NCBI GenBank assembly: GCA_963713605.1
Contig: CAVQMO010000005.1
Location: forward strand, 278,271-342,270
Direction: 5' to 3'
From: an uncultured Nitrososphaerales archaeon
GTDB taxonomy: Archaea > Thermoproteota > Nitrososphaeria > Nitrososphaerales > Nitrososphaeraceae
DNA length: 64,000 nt
Each line of letters begins with the position of its first letter. Within the stretch, counting starts at the first letter, position 1. Shown one piece after another: positions 22,384 through 33,640 of this stretch. The notes under the pieces are model-generated. The model was not told where the DNA came from, did not search any database, and saw nothing but the letters and a program-made list of their open reading frames with translations. The position numbers and the translations under genes were made by a program.

Positions 22384-23284
22384 TCATAAGGGTTTAATGA
22401 CTACGTTATCGAATGCAACGGCTGCGTCTTCTGTATATAATCCCACAAATCCTCCCTGCTTCATTTTCAAGCTGTTTCTTGGAATGCCAGCCTTATTATC
22501 GATATAGTCAATGATTCTTGATACCGTCTATCCATACTACTATGTGAGGTGTTCCCGTCCCCGTTCCAGTTACCCGTATGTGCCAATTTTGCCAAGTATT
22601 CATCTTCACGGACGGAGAACCCTTAGTCACAAGGTACACTTCAGCTGAATCGTCCTGTTTATTGTTGTCCTTCTTTTCTAACTGGAATCCTTGTTTCTTA
22701 AGAAGGAAACTATATTGATGATAATTATCTTGCCAGTTCCACATAATCCAAGCAGTTTCCCAATTATTGGGAGGTGAATTTTGCCTTAGTTGTTTAACCG
22801 TTTTCACTTTTGCAGTCATATCAAAGTTCTTGAATAGTTTAGTAGTAGTTAGTAAAGGAGCATGCGTCTCTCCTTTCGAAGTGGATGTTTTTGGCTGTAA
22901 GTGCAAATATTCATTGTTGTTCAGACCTTGACGCACTCCTACTGTTCCATATCCTCCATATGCGTTCTTCCACTTTCCATTCGGGGATATCTGTCCATCC
23001 TTCAAAGTATACAGTCCGCTTTCAAAATAATCTGCCACTGTACTTGTAGCGTAGGTTGCTGTAGCCTCCATGGTAGGGTTAGTATCTGTCATTTTTTGCA
23101 CAGGTAAAGGTAATATGAATGGAATATCATTTCTTTCAGTGTTTGATTTGGCATTTGCGACAAGTATGTTATTCTTGGATATGTAATTTATCCCTACGTT
23201 AGACATAGAAAGAATTGACATGACTAACAGAGATCCGCAAATCAATGCACACGTTCCTTTATTGAATAAAAGCTGTTTGTTCAA
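22384..23284 (-). CDS. Secreted concanavalin/GH16-like (DUF1080-type) beta-sandwich protein; frameshift near 22510
   Basis: ORF 22508-23284 continues in another frame as DYIDNK...GFVGLYTEDAAVAFDNVVIKPL, stop at 22384. Confidence 0.7.
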
Positions 23285-24057
23285 TGCTCCTTGTTGTGGC
23301 TATTAAAAAGTATTTACAAGGAGCTTTGAATTTCACGATCACTTATGTACCCCAGCATTGCATATCTGAAATCTAATGAAAATCTTCTTTTACGGCCTAA
23401 TTATCGATTTCTTCGTTTGCATTTATTGCATACACCATTTGGGTAATAGGGCAGGATGGGAACTTCAGCCGAGTAGTTGTCGACCCTGTAAATAGTCAGA
23501 TTCTCTTAAACGTGTCGATACCATTAAAACATCTTTCCATGATGGGGTTCTGGAATGATGGGGTCCTGGTAATCCGCCGTAAAGTAGTCTACTTATATTA
23601 TTATCTTTTTCGAGATTATTAATTAATTTATCAATATTTTGCAACGATTTTCTCTCTGTTGGATCAACTTGATCTTCACTTAGAGGAAAATCAATCCATA
23701 TATTGACCGAATAGTTGTCGAATAATTACATGCCCAAGGCCTGTCCCTGGCCGACCTGGTAATAATGGATCAATGGACCACAGACAGGTAGGCAAAATAG
23801 AATAACTAAACTCGAGGACATACATGGTAGCTTTACCACCCCGATATCCGATTTCAGCAACTAAACTAGGCATTGTACCAGAACCATGAACAATGATTAT
23901 GCGCTCGTGAATATTTGTGAAATATACACTAATAGCTGGGTAAAGTAACAGGGTCAGACTTGAGGCAGATTAGAACACATATCATAGCCGCTAGCATGGT
24001 CATACCAGTAAGTGAAGACTGTTAGAAAGCATCGAAACTTTAAATACCATAAATTAA

Positions 24058-25501
24058 GTGTTTCTCTATAATCGAATGCTTAAGGATCTAGGCCGAAATC
24101 GTTCACTATCTGACTACAGAAAGATAGCAATTGGAGTTTCTATCGCTATCATAATGATTCTAATAGTGGATACTTTGACTACTCGACAGATCCTGCCCTA
24201 TAATAATACTACAGGCTCAGTGCTCTTTGTCCTAAACATAGTAGTAGCATACGGGCTAGGGTCATGGGTTCTTTTCAAGTACGTAAAAAAAATTAGTGAG
24301 GAGATCATTGTGTCTAAGTCCTTCATTAGTCATCTTATCAAGTTTGCGATGATAATTCAATTCTCATTATTGATACTTTTCTCACTGATTTTTGTAGAGT
24401 ATTATTTATTCGATAATAGTACCCTATGTTCTCTCCTCGTTGGCATTTGCAATCAGTACAATCTCAGCTAGTTTCATTATGTGTTACACTGCCTTTAAAT
24501 TCTTTCTTTGGTTTAGAGCAAGCAACCGAAATAAGATCATATTGGTCTATGGTTTAGCTGCCGCTTCACTCGCTGTAGCCATGATATTCGACGGTGGTGC
24601 CAAACTACTTATGGTTAGAGTGATAGAAGAACCATCTTTGAATACGGTACCAATAAGTGGTAACTCATCTGATACTTTTGTGTATAAAGAATCTGACAAA
24701 TACAACGGAGACATCCAGTATGAAGTAATTAAACCCGACACGAAAACTGTATACATCGTACCTGCAGAATCTAGGATGCTGTATCAATATCTTAACGGTT
24801 GGATACCCATAACTATCTCATTTATTTTTACATGGGCTATTACCTTGATAGTCCTGAGGAAGTACTATCAAAGGCAAGGCAAACTGCCGAGTTGGATTAA
24901 TTTTGTCATGATTCTCCCGCTTGTACTTTATTTTATTGGGAGAAGTTTGGAGCTTTACACTTTATTTACCGGCAATATAATTCGTTTTGATGATTTGCCT
25001 AATCCGTATTTATTCAGAATATTATTTAGAATAGGCGTCATAGGGGGAAGTATATTATTTGGGTTAGCGTTCTTTATCATCGCTAAAATGACAACAGCAG
25101 GTAAGGTTAAGGATTGTCTCATTGTCGCTGCGATTGGAGCAGCAATGATTGGGATATCACTTTCGCCATCTGCATTACAACAAACTTATGGAGTGGCCGG
25201 GAGATCTCTTGAGCTATTATCTTCGCTTCTGTTTAGTCTTGGCTTCTATCTTTCTGCAGTATACGTTGCCCATGATTCATCAATAAGGAGAAGTATCAGA
25301 TCAATTGATAAGATTGAGTTTTTGCACTTGTTAGGACATGCTCAAATGGAAATAGAGATAGAGAAAAAGGTTGAGGAAGTTGTAAAAAAACAACAACAAG
25401 CCTTAGACGCTCAAGTTATTCCTCCCTTAGAAGTAGACGATTATGATGTTAAGCTTTATGTCAACGAAGTATTGAATGAAGTTAAACGAAGCAAGATATA
25501 A
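24058..25501 (+). CDS. Polytopic membrane protein of unknown function (sensor-like), frameshift near 24430
   Basis: ORFs 24058-24471 and 24440-25501 together encode many TM helices and a charged C-terminal tail. Confidence 0.7.
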
Positions 25502-25589
25502 TTTTATGAATTCAATATGACTTCATGCTTTAGCGATAGATGCTGGAATGACAAGAGTACTACTTTTAGGCTGGAAAATAAGAAGGAAT

Positions 25590-25752
25590 GGCAAATCATT
25601 AGCAGCACTTAATAGAATAATTATAGAGGCAAATGCGCCATCGATAACACTATAGAATTCTGTGCCTCTTTTTCCGTATCTATTAACAGATCTTGAGGTA
25701 TTTGAGCAGACAACTATTAGAACTGAGGCATCTTTGACCTGGTTTTGTCCTA
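25590..25752 (-). pseudogene. Nitroreductase family internal fragment
   Basis: Manual translation of the minus strand: GQNQVKDASVLIVVCSNTSRSVNRYGKRGTEFYSVIDGAFASIIILLSAAND; no start codon or C-terminus. Confidence 0.65.
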
Positions 25753-26013
25753 GGGATGCTTGACGTAACTTCCTTTTTGTAATAGGACAAAAGCCTTCGC
25801 AATCAGTCCTGCTCCTCCGAGAGACAGAACTGCAAAAATGAGTAAATTTCTAGGGTCTTCGGGATTTAGTCCAGTCATACTTATAGAGTCTACGGTTACA
25901 TGGGCGTATCGCTTGTTAAGAATAAAACCAACATAAGGGAATACAAATAGAAATGAGGTCAGGATTAGTACAATGCCTACTGCAACTAAAACCTTAAAAC
26001 CAAAATTTTCCAA
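25750..26013 (-). CDS. Small two-TM membrane protein
   Basis: 87 aa, two hydrophobic helices, TATA-like sequence upstream. Confidence 0.55.
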   Translation of the reverse strand: MENFGFKVLVAVGIVLILTSFLFVFPYVGFILNKRYAHVTVDSISMTGLNPEDPRNLLIFAVLSLGGAGLIAKAFVLLQKGSYVKHP

Positions 26014-26244
26014 TACCTTAAACAGTACATATTATTTACTTAAGGACTTCTATATATGAGGATTGTTTAAATTCTAACTCTCTAATCTCATATCATTGAT
26101 ATAATCTCATATTATTGATAAATTAACTTTAGCTGATTAATACTTGCTTAATAAATAATTTACAGCAATAACAAGAAAAAATGAGTGAATAAATCTAAAA
26201 CTAATAAATCTAATGTAGTCGCTGTCTGTTATTAGTGCTATAAA

Positions 26245-26676
26245 ATGATTTCAGGAGAAGGAAGACTGAAACAAGAGAACTTTGTTGACACAAGTTTGCT
26301 CCTAGATGCAGTAACCTCTTTGATAGATGCATTTAATCAAGCTGGTTATAACTCTCCAACTAGTATTCAAGTTGATAAGAAGGCATTTGATAAGCTATTA
26401 GAAGAAGCATCAAATTTATACAGTAGTATTAATGTGAAAGATTCCGTTGCAAACAAGAAATTTTCATTAGTCAACATTATAAATATCGTTCCTGAAGAAG
26501 AGAAAGAAGAAATTGATGCTCACCAGAAGCAAAAAGATACTCGGCAAGCAATAGACTTAGTAGAAGGTAATAATCAGGAAAAGCAGAATCTAAGGTTATC
26601 TACTACAACTATAAAATATGAATATCCTGACTGTGGGGCTACATTCGACACTCCTGCCGGTCACAGGCCAGTCTAG
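26245..26676 (+). CDS. Hypothetical protein (C-terminus resembles a degenerate C2H2 finger)
   Basis: 143 aa ATG ORF; ends YEYPDCGATFDTPAGH. Confidence 0.5.
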   Translation: MISGEGRLKQENFVDTSLLLDAVTSLIDAFNQAGYNSPTSIQVDKKAFDKLLEEASNLYSSINVKDSVANKKFSLVNIINIVPEEEKEEIDAHQKQKDTRQAIDLVEGNNQEKQNLRLSTTTIKYEYPDCGATFDTPAGHRPV

Positions 26677-27048
26677 TAATAACTAAGGTATATTTCTTAC
26701 CATGGCAGCATGAGTGAACGTGGGAAAAGGGGGGGGTTATTGCCCTTCATTGAAATCCATTTGTAGCTGAACTAATAGTAAAAAACTGCAGTTCGATCTC
26801 GAAGGGAATGTATCATGTATGAAAATAACCCAAATGCATAGTCAAACAGCAATTTATGTCTCTGATTTGGTACTATAACCCCAAATCAAGTCATCGGCAT
26901 AAGGCAACTCCATATTGTTTGTAAAAATGGCGTAGAATTACATTTGATCGTCATTTCTTGGGATTTTTATGAATATTCTTCAAATAATATACTAGTAGTA
27001 TACAAGTGATTAAATTCCTAATGTCAGATTCAAGGCAAAAAGTCAATA

Positions 27049-27228
27049 TTGCAACAGAGGCTGGTATCATGTTACCACCAGTGCACCAAATGTGCAATCA
27101 TATTCCAATGTAGTGGACCAAATTCGATTGAGATTAGAACAAATGGATGCACAAGGCCTTTCTTCTACGGCAAATGCAATATTTGCAATGGTGGCCTTTG
27201 GCCTAAGGCCCAGATACATCTGTTTTGA
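27049..27228 (+). CDS. Small Cys-rich (7 Cys) putative zinc-binding protein, absent from the ORF track
   Basis: TTG-started 59 aa: MQQRLVSCYHQCTKCAIIFQCSGPNSIEIRTNGCTRPFFYGKCNICNGGLWPKAQIHLF. Confidence 0.55.
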   Translation: MQQRLVSCYHQCTKCAIIFQCSGPNSIEIRTNGCTRPFFYGKCNICNGGLWPKAQIHLF

Positions 27229-28195
27229 GCGCCTCATATTCAGGCTGCCTCCCCAATTCTCTCCATTTACCCACTCAAGTACCAAACATGATAATCTGTT
27301 GTTGAATAGCATTGTGAAGTAGCAGAAACAAAGGTAGTACCTGGCTTGAACTCCCACATACATCTAGGTGGGGATATTCGTCGAAGAGGTGGTCTTTTGG
27401 TCGCTGCAAACATCCCCGCCCCTTATTGATGACCTAGTAATACTGTGTTTTTGAAACTGCAGTATGAGCCGTCCCCAATCAGCAAATCCTCCAGAATACC
27501 AAACTGTCGGGAGATATGTCCAATAGAGTCCGGATTTAGGATTTCAACAATGTATACAAATTCTAGCCTTAACTTTGTACCTGCAAGTACATACATATAA
27601 TTAGGCACACACACTGTGCCCGATATTAATTGTGCAGATTTTTCATAATAATACGATCTATTTTCTACTGCTCCAGCATAGAATACATTATCCTGTAGTG
27701 TAGTATATGTAAAAGTGGCCTATATAGTTCTTAGTACAAGATCGAAATATGGCCACTATTGTGAATGCTAGTTTTCTGTTGTTACTATAAGGGCGGACAA
27801 TGCTGCCTACGCAAGCAATCAGTCCCTTCGTACATCATGACCTACTGTTGAGGTTGCTAGCTTAATCGTAGCAAAAGGAGGAATGGGCGAGGTTCAAGCC
27901 GTCTGTAATTCTTGATTACTTATCATGCCAAGAGATGATAATATGGCCAAATGCATGATAGATAACGATATACCGAGCCTTACCTTCGCTTCTACATTGC
28001 CCACAGAGTCTGAATTTAATTTTTTGGTAGGCTTCCGAATGAGTAGCCATTATTGAATCACTGAATTGTCTTATCTGCATCCAGGCACTCTTGGGATCGC
28101 TTCTAACAACGAAACTTCCTGTTAACGTTTTTCTTGACAAGGCATCATGTAACTTCCTATTTCAATTGTACGCCATTAAGTCTAGGTGTTTATGG

Positions 28196-29023
28196 CTAAG
28201 GATAACCCGTTGTAGAAGTTGGGTAGTAAGGGGAAGTAGAGGGATAACCCGTTGTAGCACCCGAATAGAGAGGTCCATAAGGATTATAGTTGCTGTTTCG
28301 ATTAATTGCAAGTGCTGCCAACAAAGGTGTTATAGGAACTCCATCATCCGACAGCACCAAAGTTGGAAGTGGCGTCTTTATATTCTTGTTAACATCTGGT
28401 GATGAACTATATGCCAATGTTCTGCAGGTATTGAACAGATCTTCAACCTCAAAGTCTTTCCATTTCTGTCTTTCTATGTTTTTCTCCCCTACTGCTATCT
28501 GACCTTGTACGTCATCATCAAATATTCTGAAGCGATTATTATCGCGGATTATTTGTAATGAAACAAGATCCTTTTCTTTATTATTACCATCTCTGCTATT
28601 CTTGTCATCGTCATCATCTGCTATTGGGATATTTACATCCTTATCAGGTACTCCAGTTATGGTGAATGAGAATAGACCAGCCCCGCATGCTATAGCGGGA
28701 ATAGATGGAAACCACGGAGAGATTTGCTGCTGTCCAAATGGGGGACCCAGAGGGGCATTCACAAGAGTAGATAATGCCAATGAGGTGGGATTAGTTATGA
28801 AAAATGGGTTTCTATTGAAGCTAAATTGATTGGAGGTATAAGGGTTATAGTAGGGATTATAGGGATAAGTTGATGTCTGTGCAAATACTTCTGGGATCAT
28901 CGTTGTATTTACACTCAGATTACTGTCAATGAGGTTTAACGGTAACAGGAGCAATAGGCATAATACGACAAGAACACAGATCTTGATCTCTGCAAGAAAA
29001 ATATGGATTATAGACGAGATCAA
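28196..29023 (-). CDS. Secreted SPWFPS-domain protein, paralog 1 (Tyr/Pro-rich termini)
   Basis: Signal peptide; ISPWFPSIPAIAC...LFNTCRTLAYS domain. Confidence 0.7.
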   Translation of the reverse strand: MISSIIHIFLAEIKICVLVVLCLLLLLPLNLIDSNLSVNTTMIPEVFAQTSTYPYNPYYNPYTSNQFSFNRNPFFITNPTSLALSTLVNAPLGPPFGQQQISPWFPSIPAIACGAGLFSFTITGVPDKDVNIPIADDDDDKNSRDGNNKEKDLVSLQIIRDNNRFRIFDDDVQGQIAVGEKNIERQKWKDFEVEDLFNTCRTLAYSSSPDVNKNIKTPLPTLVLSDDGVPITPLLAALAINRNSNYNPYGPLYSGATTGYPSTSPYYPTSTTGYP

Positions 29024-29825
29024 TGGTATCGTATACTCACTTCCACTTAGTATATAGATGCTGAAAGATAAACTTTTGAAAAACTTATATATATTTTTTT
29101 ACTGTCCTCGAGTGTTAGCAAATAAGGATAGAATTCTCTTCCAATTATATTGATTATGATACCCGATTTGTCGGTCTTTTTACTTTAGCTCTTCTTATCC
29201 GAGCCGAGAGGTACATATAACTGACTTGAAAAAATCTACTTATCCGGGGTGGAGATAGGGCTATCTACATGAATCGTAGAGATTCTAGTGGATTGACAAT
29301 TTATTGCGTTGTAAACGCTTGTGCAAGTTTCAATGTTGGCTAATATGTGATGCATATTCCTATTGATCCTGCATTGGAGAGTACATTCACCGGCACCTCC
29401 TTAATTTACCGTCGGGAAGTAACTTCAGACTTGGCAGGTTAAAATCTTTTGGGAAATCCAACTTCAACAGCAAAAATCTAATGCTTGTCGTTGTGTGATT
29501 CCAAACAGCACGGCTTTTACTGCGATCTTAAGGTACAAACCTCATCCGGGATGACCAACAAGTTAGTTTCGTTACAGACTCCCGATGACTGGATTGCTAA
29601 CCTTAACCTCCAATGATCTTCAGAGTCGAAAGGAATTATCGAAGGTAAGGTAAACCAGGAGAAACACCTAGGCTGTCCGACCCGGCCACCTACCCTGTTA
29701 ATGCAGTCGTTGGCATTAAGGCCCTTTGACCTTTGTCAATGACTATGTACTAACAATTGGATACTGACTTAAAGCTTGTATGTTATCTCCTTATGCTAAT
29801 ATCGTCTATATGTAAATGTGGCTTG

Positions 29826-30337
29826 TTTAGGGAAAGTTTTGTCTTTGTTGCTTAAATGTAATTACTTTTTGCTTTTGCATTCAGTTCAAAGTCCTTGAAT
29901 AGTTGAGTGGTAGTTAACAGAGCGGCATGCGTTTCGCTTTGGGAGGTAAATGGTTTTGTTCAAGGTACATAGATTCATTGCTACTCCCACCTTGGAGCAC
30001 TCTTACTGTTCTATAGCCAGCGTAAATGTCCTTCCACTTTCCATCCACGGGGATATCGGTCCACCTTTCAGTCTATACTATCCACATTCAAAATCATCGG
30101 CCACTGGTACTTGTGGCGTAGGTTGATGTAGCTTCCATTGTAGGATTTGTATCTGTCATCTCTTGTATAGGTAAAGGTAATATGAGTGGAATATCATTTC
30201 TTTTTGTGTGATTTTGCCTCTACAGCAGATATGTTATCCTCGGTAGATGATCGGTCCACTGGAAGAACTGACAGAATTAGTATTAGTCCACAAATCGATG
30301 CGCAAATTCCCTTATTTAGCACAATCAGTTTCTTCAT
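29826..30337 (-). pseudogene. Truncated, disrupted paralog of the 22384-23284 GH16/DUF1080-like gene
   Basis: MKKLIVLNKGICASICG vs MNKQLLFNKGTCALICG; SETHAALLTTTQLFKDF vs GETHAPLLTTTKLFKNF; strong DNA similarity; several indels; 3' part absent. Confidence 0.75.
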
Positions 30338-30419
30338 CGTAACTCGGTGTAACCAACTGAAGGAATAAATTGTTGATGTTAACCATCCATAGATTAATAC
30401 CACTAACACTTTACTATAG

Positions 30420-31052
30420 TTGTACGTATATGGCATATTCTTTGTCGTGGCAGAATTCAAGATGGTTGTTGGTATTATAGGATTCCTGCTTTTCATTTTA
30501 TCTCCTTTCGTTTTTATTGGCACAGAACAAGCTGCCGATGCGCAGGGTGTTTTAGGGATACCTGTTCCATCAGCTAGTCCTAACAGTATAACGTCTATCT
30601 ATGGCAAAGGATTTGGAAACAATGGGAATAGTTTCTCGGCATTTGTTGAGTGTTCTGACGGAAAATATTTCTCTTTTGAAAAGGGATCTTTAATCACATT
30701 TTCGTCTGGTCGCCCTAGTGAGGCACCGCAAGATAATGACCAATTTTATGATGATAGTGCAATTGGAACATGGCAGATAGAATACGGTACCATAGAGTTT
30801 GACCATTTCCTATATCAAGGAGGTATCATAACTGGTATGTCCTTGCAAGGAGGCTCTTACCTGTTGTATGGAGTCGAAACACAAGACGATATTTGTGGAA
30901 CAGAAAATGAAAGAATCATTATAGAAACAGAATGTATTGACGATACTCCCATCAAATACCTAAATTCTGTTGGCGATAGATCGGGGTCTACTACCCCTCC
31001 AGATTATGCGAAGGTATATCAATTCTTTAGTGCCGAGGTTACATGCAGTTAA
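30420..31052 (+). CDS. Hypothetical secreted protein with four Cys
   Basis: 210 aa, signal peptide ending ADA-Q. Confidence 0.6.
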   Translation: MYVYGIFFVVAEFKMVVGIIGFLLFILSPFVFIGTEQAADAQGVLGIPVPSASPNSITSIYGKGFGNNGNSFSAFVECSDGKYFSFEKGSLITFSSGRPSEAPQDNDQFYDDSAIGTWQIEYGTIEFDHFLYQGGIITGMSLQGGSYLLYGVETQDDICGTENERIIIETECIDDTPIKYLNSVGDRSGSTTPPDYAKVYQFFSAEVTCS

Positions 31053-31491
31053 GAAATACTTGCAGGAGTGGATCTCGTAACAAAACAGGAAATGATGCGG
31101 TGCAGATTCAATCTGGGTTGGGGAAAACATGATTTAGAGTCGGGGCCGTCATCTCTCATAGCCCTTCCGATATAACTTGTTAATGTTCTAAATGAAGGCG
31201 AGAGAGAATTGTTAGCGTAGTATTAGGATGAAGTTTTTCGAGGACGAAGCTCAGACACCAGATGTGACGATATATATGTGGTAGCCTTGACGAGTTTTAG
31301 CGGCTCTACTTTTGAAAGATAGCCTTGGATCCCGCAAATGCCTAGACGTTGTTTCATTTGGCTTTAGAAGAGAATTTCTAACTCCTTTATGACATACGGT
31401 GGTAACATTTCAATCCAAATTGCAAATAAGGCTTCCCTACTTTAGCAAATGATTACAATGTAAGTTTTGGATATTTCATACTGGTTTATGT

Positions 31492-31806
31492 TTAATTGTG
31501 ATCTAATGTGCTACCCCAAAAGCTACTGCCTATTTCCTTCTGCCATTTCCTACCTTTTTTCGTCAAACTATTATTATTACTGCTATCGATCAATCCGATA
31601 TCGTTGGCAAACTCAATCCACCTAAGCACCAGATTTAAGTCATTTTCAAAATAGTCGCTAGCTATTTTAGAAGCTTGGTGTCCTTCAGAAAGTCTTTTCA
31701 GAACCAAAACGACCTCTTCTAGATACTTGTATTTGTGATGATTAATGGGCGTGAAATCAATTCTTTTGCCACTTTCTACATCCACACAAGACTGCTCTTT
31801 TGACAT
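31492..31806 (-). CDS. Small winged-helix-like protein
   Basis: 104 aa; helical segment followed by GLID...LTKKGRKW. Confidence 0.5.
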   Translation of the reverse strand: MSKEQSCVDVESGKRIDFTPINHHKYKYLEEVVLVLKRLSEGHQASKIASDYFENDLNLVLRWIEFANDIGLIDSSNNNSLTKKGRKWQKEIGSSFWGSTLDHN

Positions 31807-32524
31807 ATGGGTAAATATTTTATCTAATTCATACTTAAGAATCCTTATAGTAAATCTTGATGCTTTTGCAGGAAATTAGAGTATTAGATAAGTAAATGTC
31901 AATAATCGTAATACCTTATCTATATATTTCCAACTTAAGGTACTCTCTGACTGCGATCTTAGAAACATTCGTTATACATGATCTATTGATGACGATAAAT
32001 TAATAGTCTTTAGGATATGACTAGCGGATGGAGAGAGAAGCTTACGTCCGTTCGCTTATGCCGAATGCCGAGTATTGTTATGCTGGGGAGGTGCTGGCCA
32101 GACCGGTAGACATCTGGATCAAAAAAACAGCCTAAAATTGATGTCTGGGACGTATGTACTTTACTTTGAAGGAGAGCCAAAAAAATCTGGGCCGCAAATC
32201 CATCTATTGTCTGAAGTTAACGCAGATATTGGCGGCTCTTCTAATTTAAGTGGCGGATTAGATTTAGGTGATGCATTGGTACAACCAAAAACTATTTTTA
32301 TTCCAAATCGGTGAAAAAAATTAATCAAGAATTTTTAGGAGGGTAGATTTTCGGAATACGGGCAGTGCCAATCGAAAATTTCGCTGCCTGAAAGAGGTAG
32401 AAGGCTCTACATCTCGATATGGACAACCACATTTAGAGATATAGGATTATTATATTGACTACAGATTAAATGATCGAAGTTGTACTGTGACATTTTATCT
32501 TGCTAATCAAATCCAAAAAACCAT

Positions 32525-33091
32525 TCATATCCAGATCGCAGAAATTATATACATACCTAAACCTGTTTGACAATTTGGATTACCGAAGATCACGAACGAA
32601 GCACTGATATTCGGTACAGGACTATTAGACAACGGATTTAATAGTTCAGTTTGTAAGACATTCTCTTGTACTTCGATAATATTTGCTTCTGGCATTTCAA
32701 AATCTTGAATACACAACTGTTGTCCGGTATTGCTATCCGAGGACAAAGTTACTGTATACGTCCACCATGCCATTGGAGCAAATGCAGGATTCATAATCAT
32801 ATTTACTAACCCGGTATTACTCTGTGAATTAATCCATAAATATCCGAAAGCTGGATACTGTAAACTAAACTGGTTTGCATCACCAGAATTTCTGGTTGAA
32901 GGTATTGTGTCGCCCGCTTGCAACCCCAGAAACAATAATCCAGCCTTGTTTTGTAATGCTGATGCTTTCTGTAATTGTGTATAACCCGGCGGTACCAACT
33001 GGGCGGACACAGCGGAGACAAAAGGAACGATAAACATTATCATTATCATTGTCAATGCTATACCTATAATTCTAGTAGCATCTACTTTCAT
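32525..33091 (-). CDS. Hypothetical secreted protein
   Basis: 188 aa, signal peptide ending VSA-Q, two Cys. Confidence 0.6.
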   Translation of the reverse strand: MKVDATRIIGIALTMIMIMFIVPFVSAVSAQLVPPGYTQLQKASALQNKAGLLFLGLQAGDTIPSTRNSGDANQFSLQYPAFGYLWINSQSNTGLVNMIMNPAFAPMAWWTYTVTLSSDSNTGQQLCIQDFEMPEANIIEVQENVLQTELLNPLSNSPVPNISASFVIFGNPNCQTGLGMYIISAIWI

Positions 33092-33640
33092 AGCATGTCT
33101 ATTAAACAGAGGTAGACTTAACTAATAAGCTTTCAACTAAACTTATATACTTCTAAAAGAGAAAAATCTGCAGATATTAAGACCTGTTACACATGACAAA
33201 AACAGAAATATTTTATTAGCAAAGCCTGCCGATATTAGCCCGATTTTTTAGTCAATTATGACAAGTTCAATCCAGGTTACCTGAGATCGGTAGCCTCAGG
33301 TCAGGATATCGTTTAATAGCGGCCAAAGGAAGATGCTCTTCCCTCACTCCAAAGGTTGTTGAATATTTCGATATCTAGCTATCAGATCGAGAAATGTCTC
33401 ACTCCGTGCTTAAGACTGAGAAGAGGAGGAGGAATAGCATCTCATCCTGTAAACATATTGATTATGGATAACTGTACAATCATCTTACCATACAGATTGC
33501 TAAATCGATAGGCAGGAGACGTGACTGTTATTTCAAATATACAAAATCCTCGCAAAAAGAAACAATAATTACAGCATATTGTACAAATAATATACTTTTG
33601 ACTAACAAGGTGTTAATACAACTCAGGTACCTACACCAGT

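Noticed and set aside
23400..23950. Coding-like minus-strand remnant
   Set aside because: Broken frames with no family motif I can recognise
29300..29760. Possible structured RNA or intron remnant
   Set aside because: Slightly GC-richer but no recognisable tRNA, group II intron domain V or riboswitch signature
22384..30337. Diversity-generating retroelement TR/VR pair
   Set aside because: Differences between the copies are not adenine-specific and no reverse transcriptase is present
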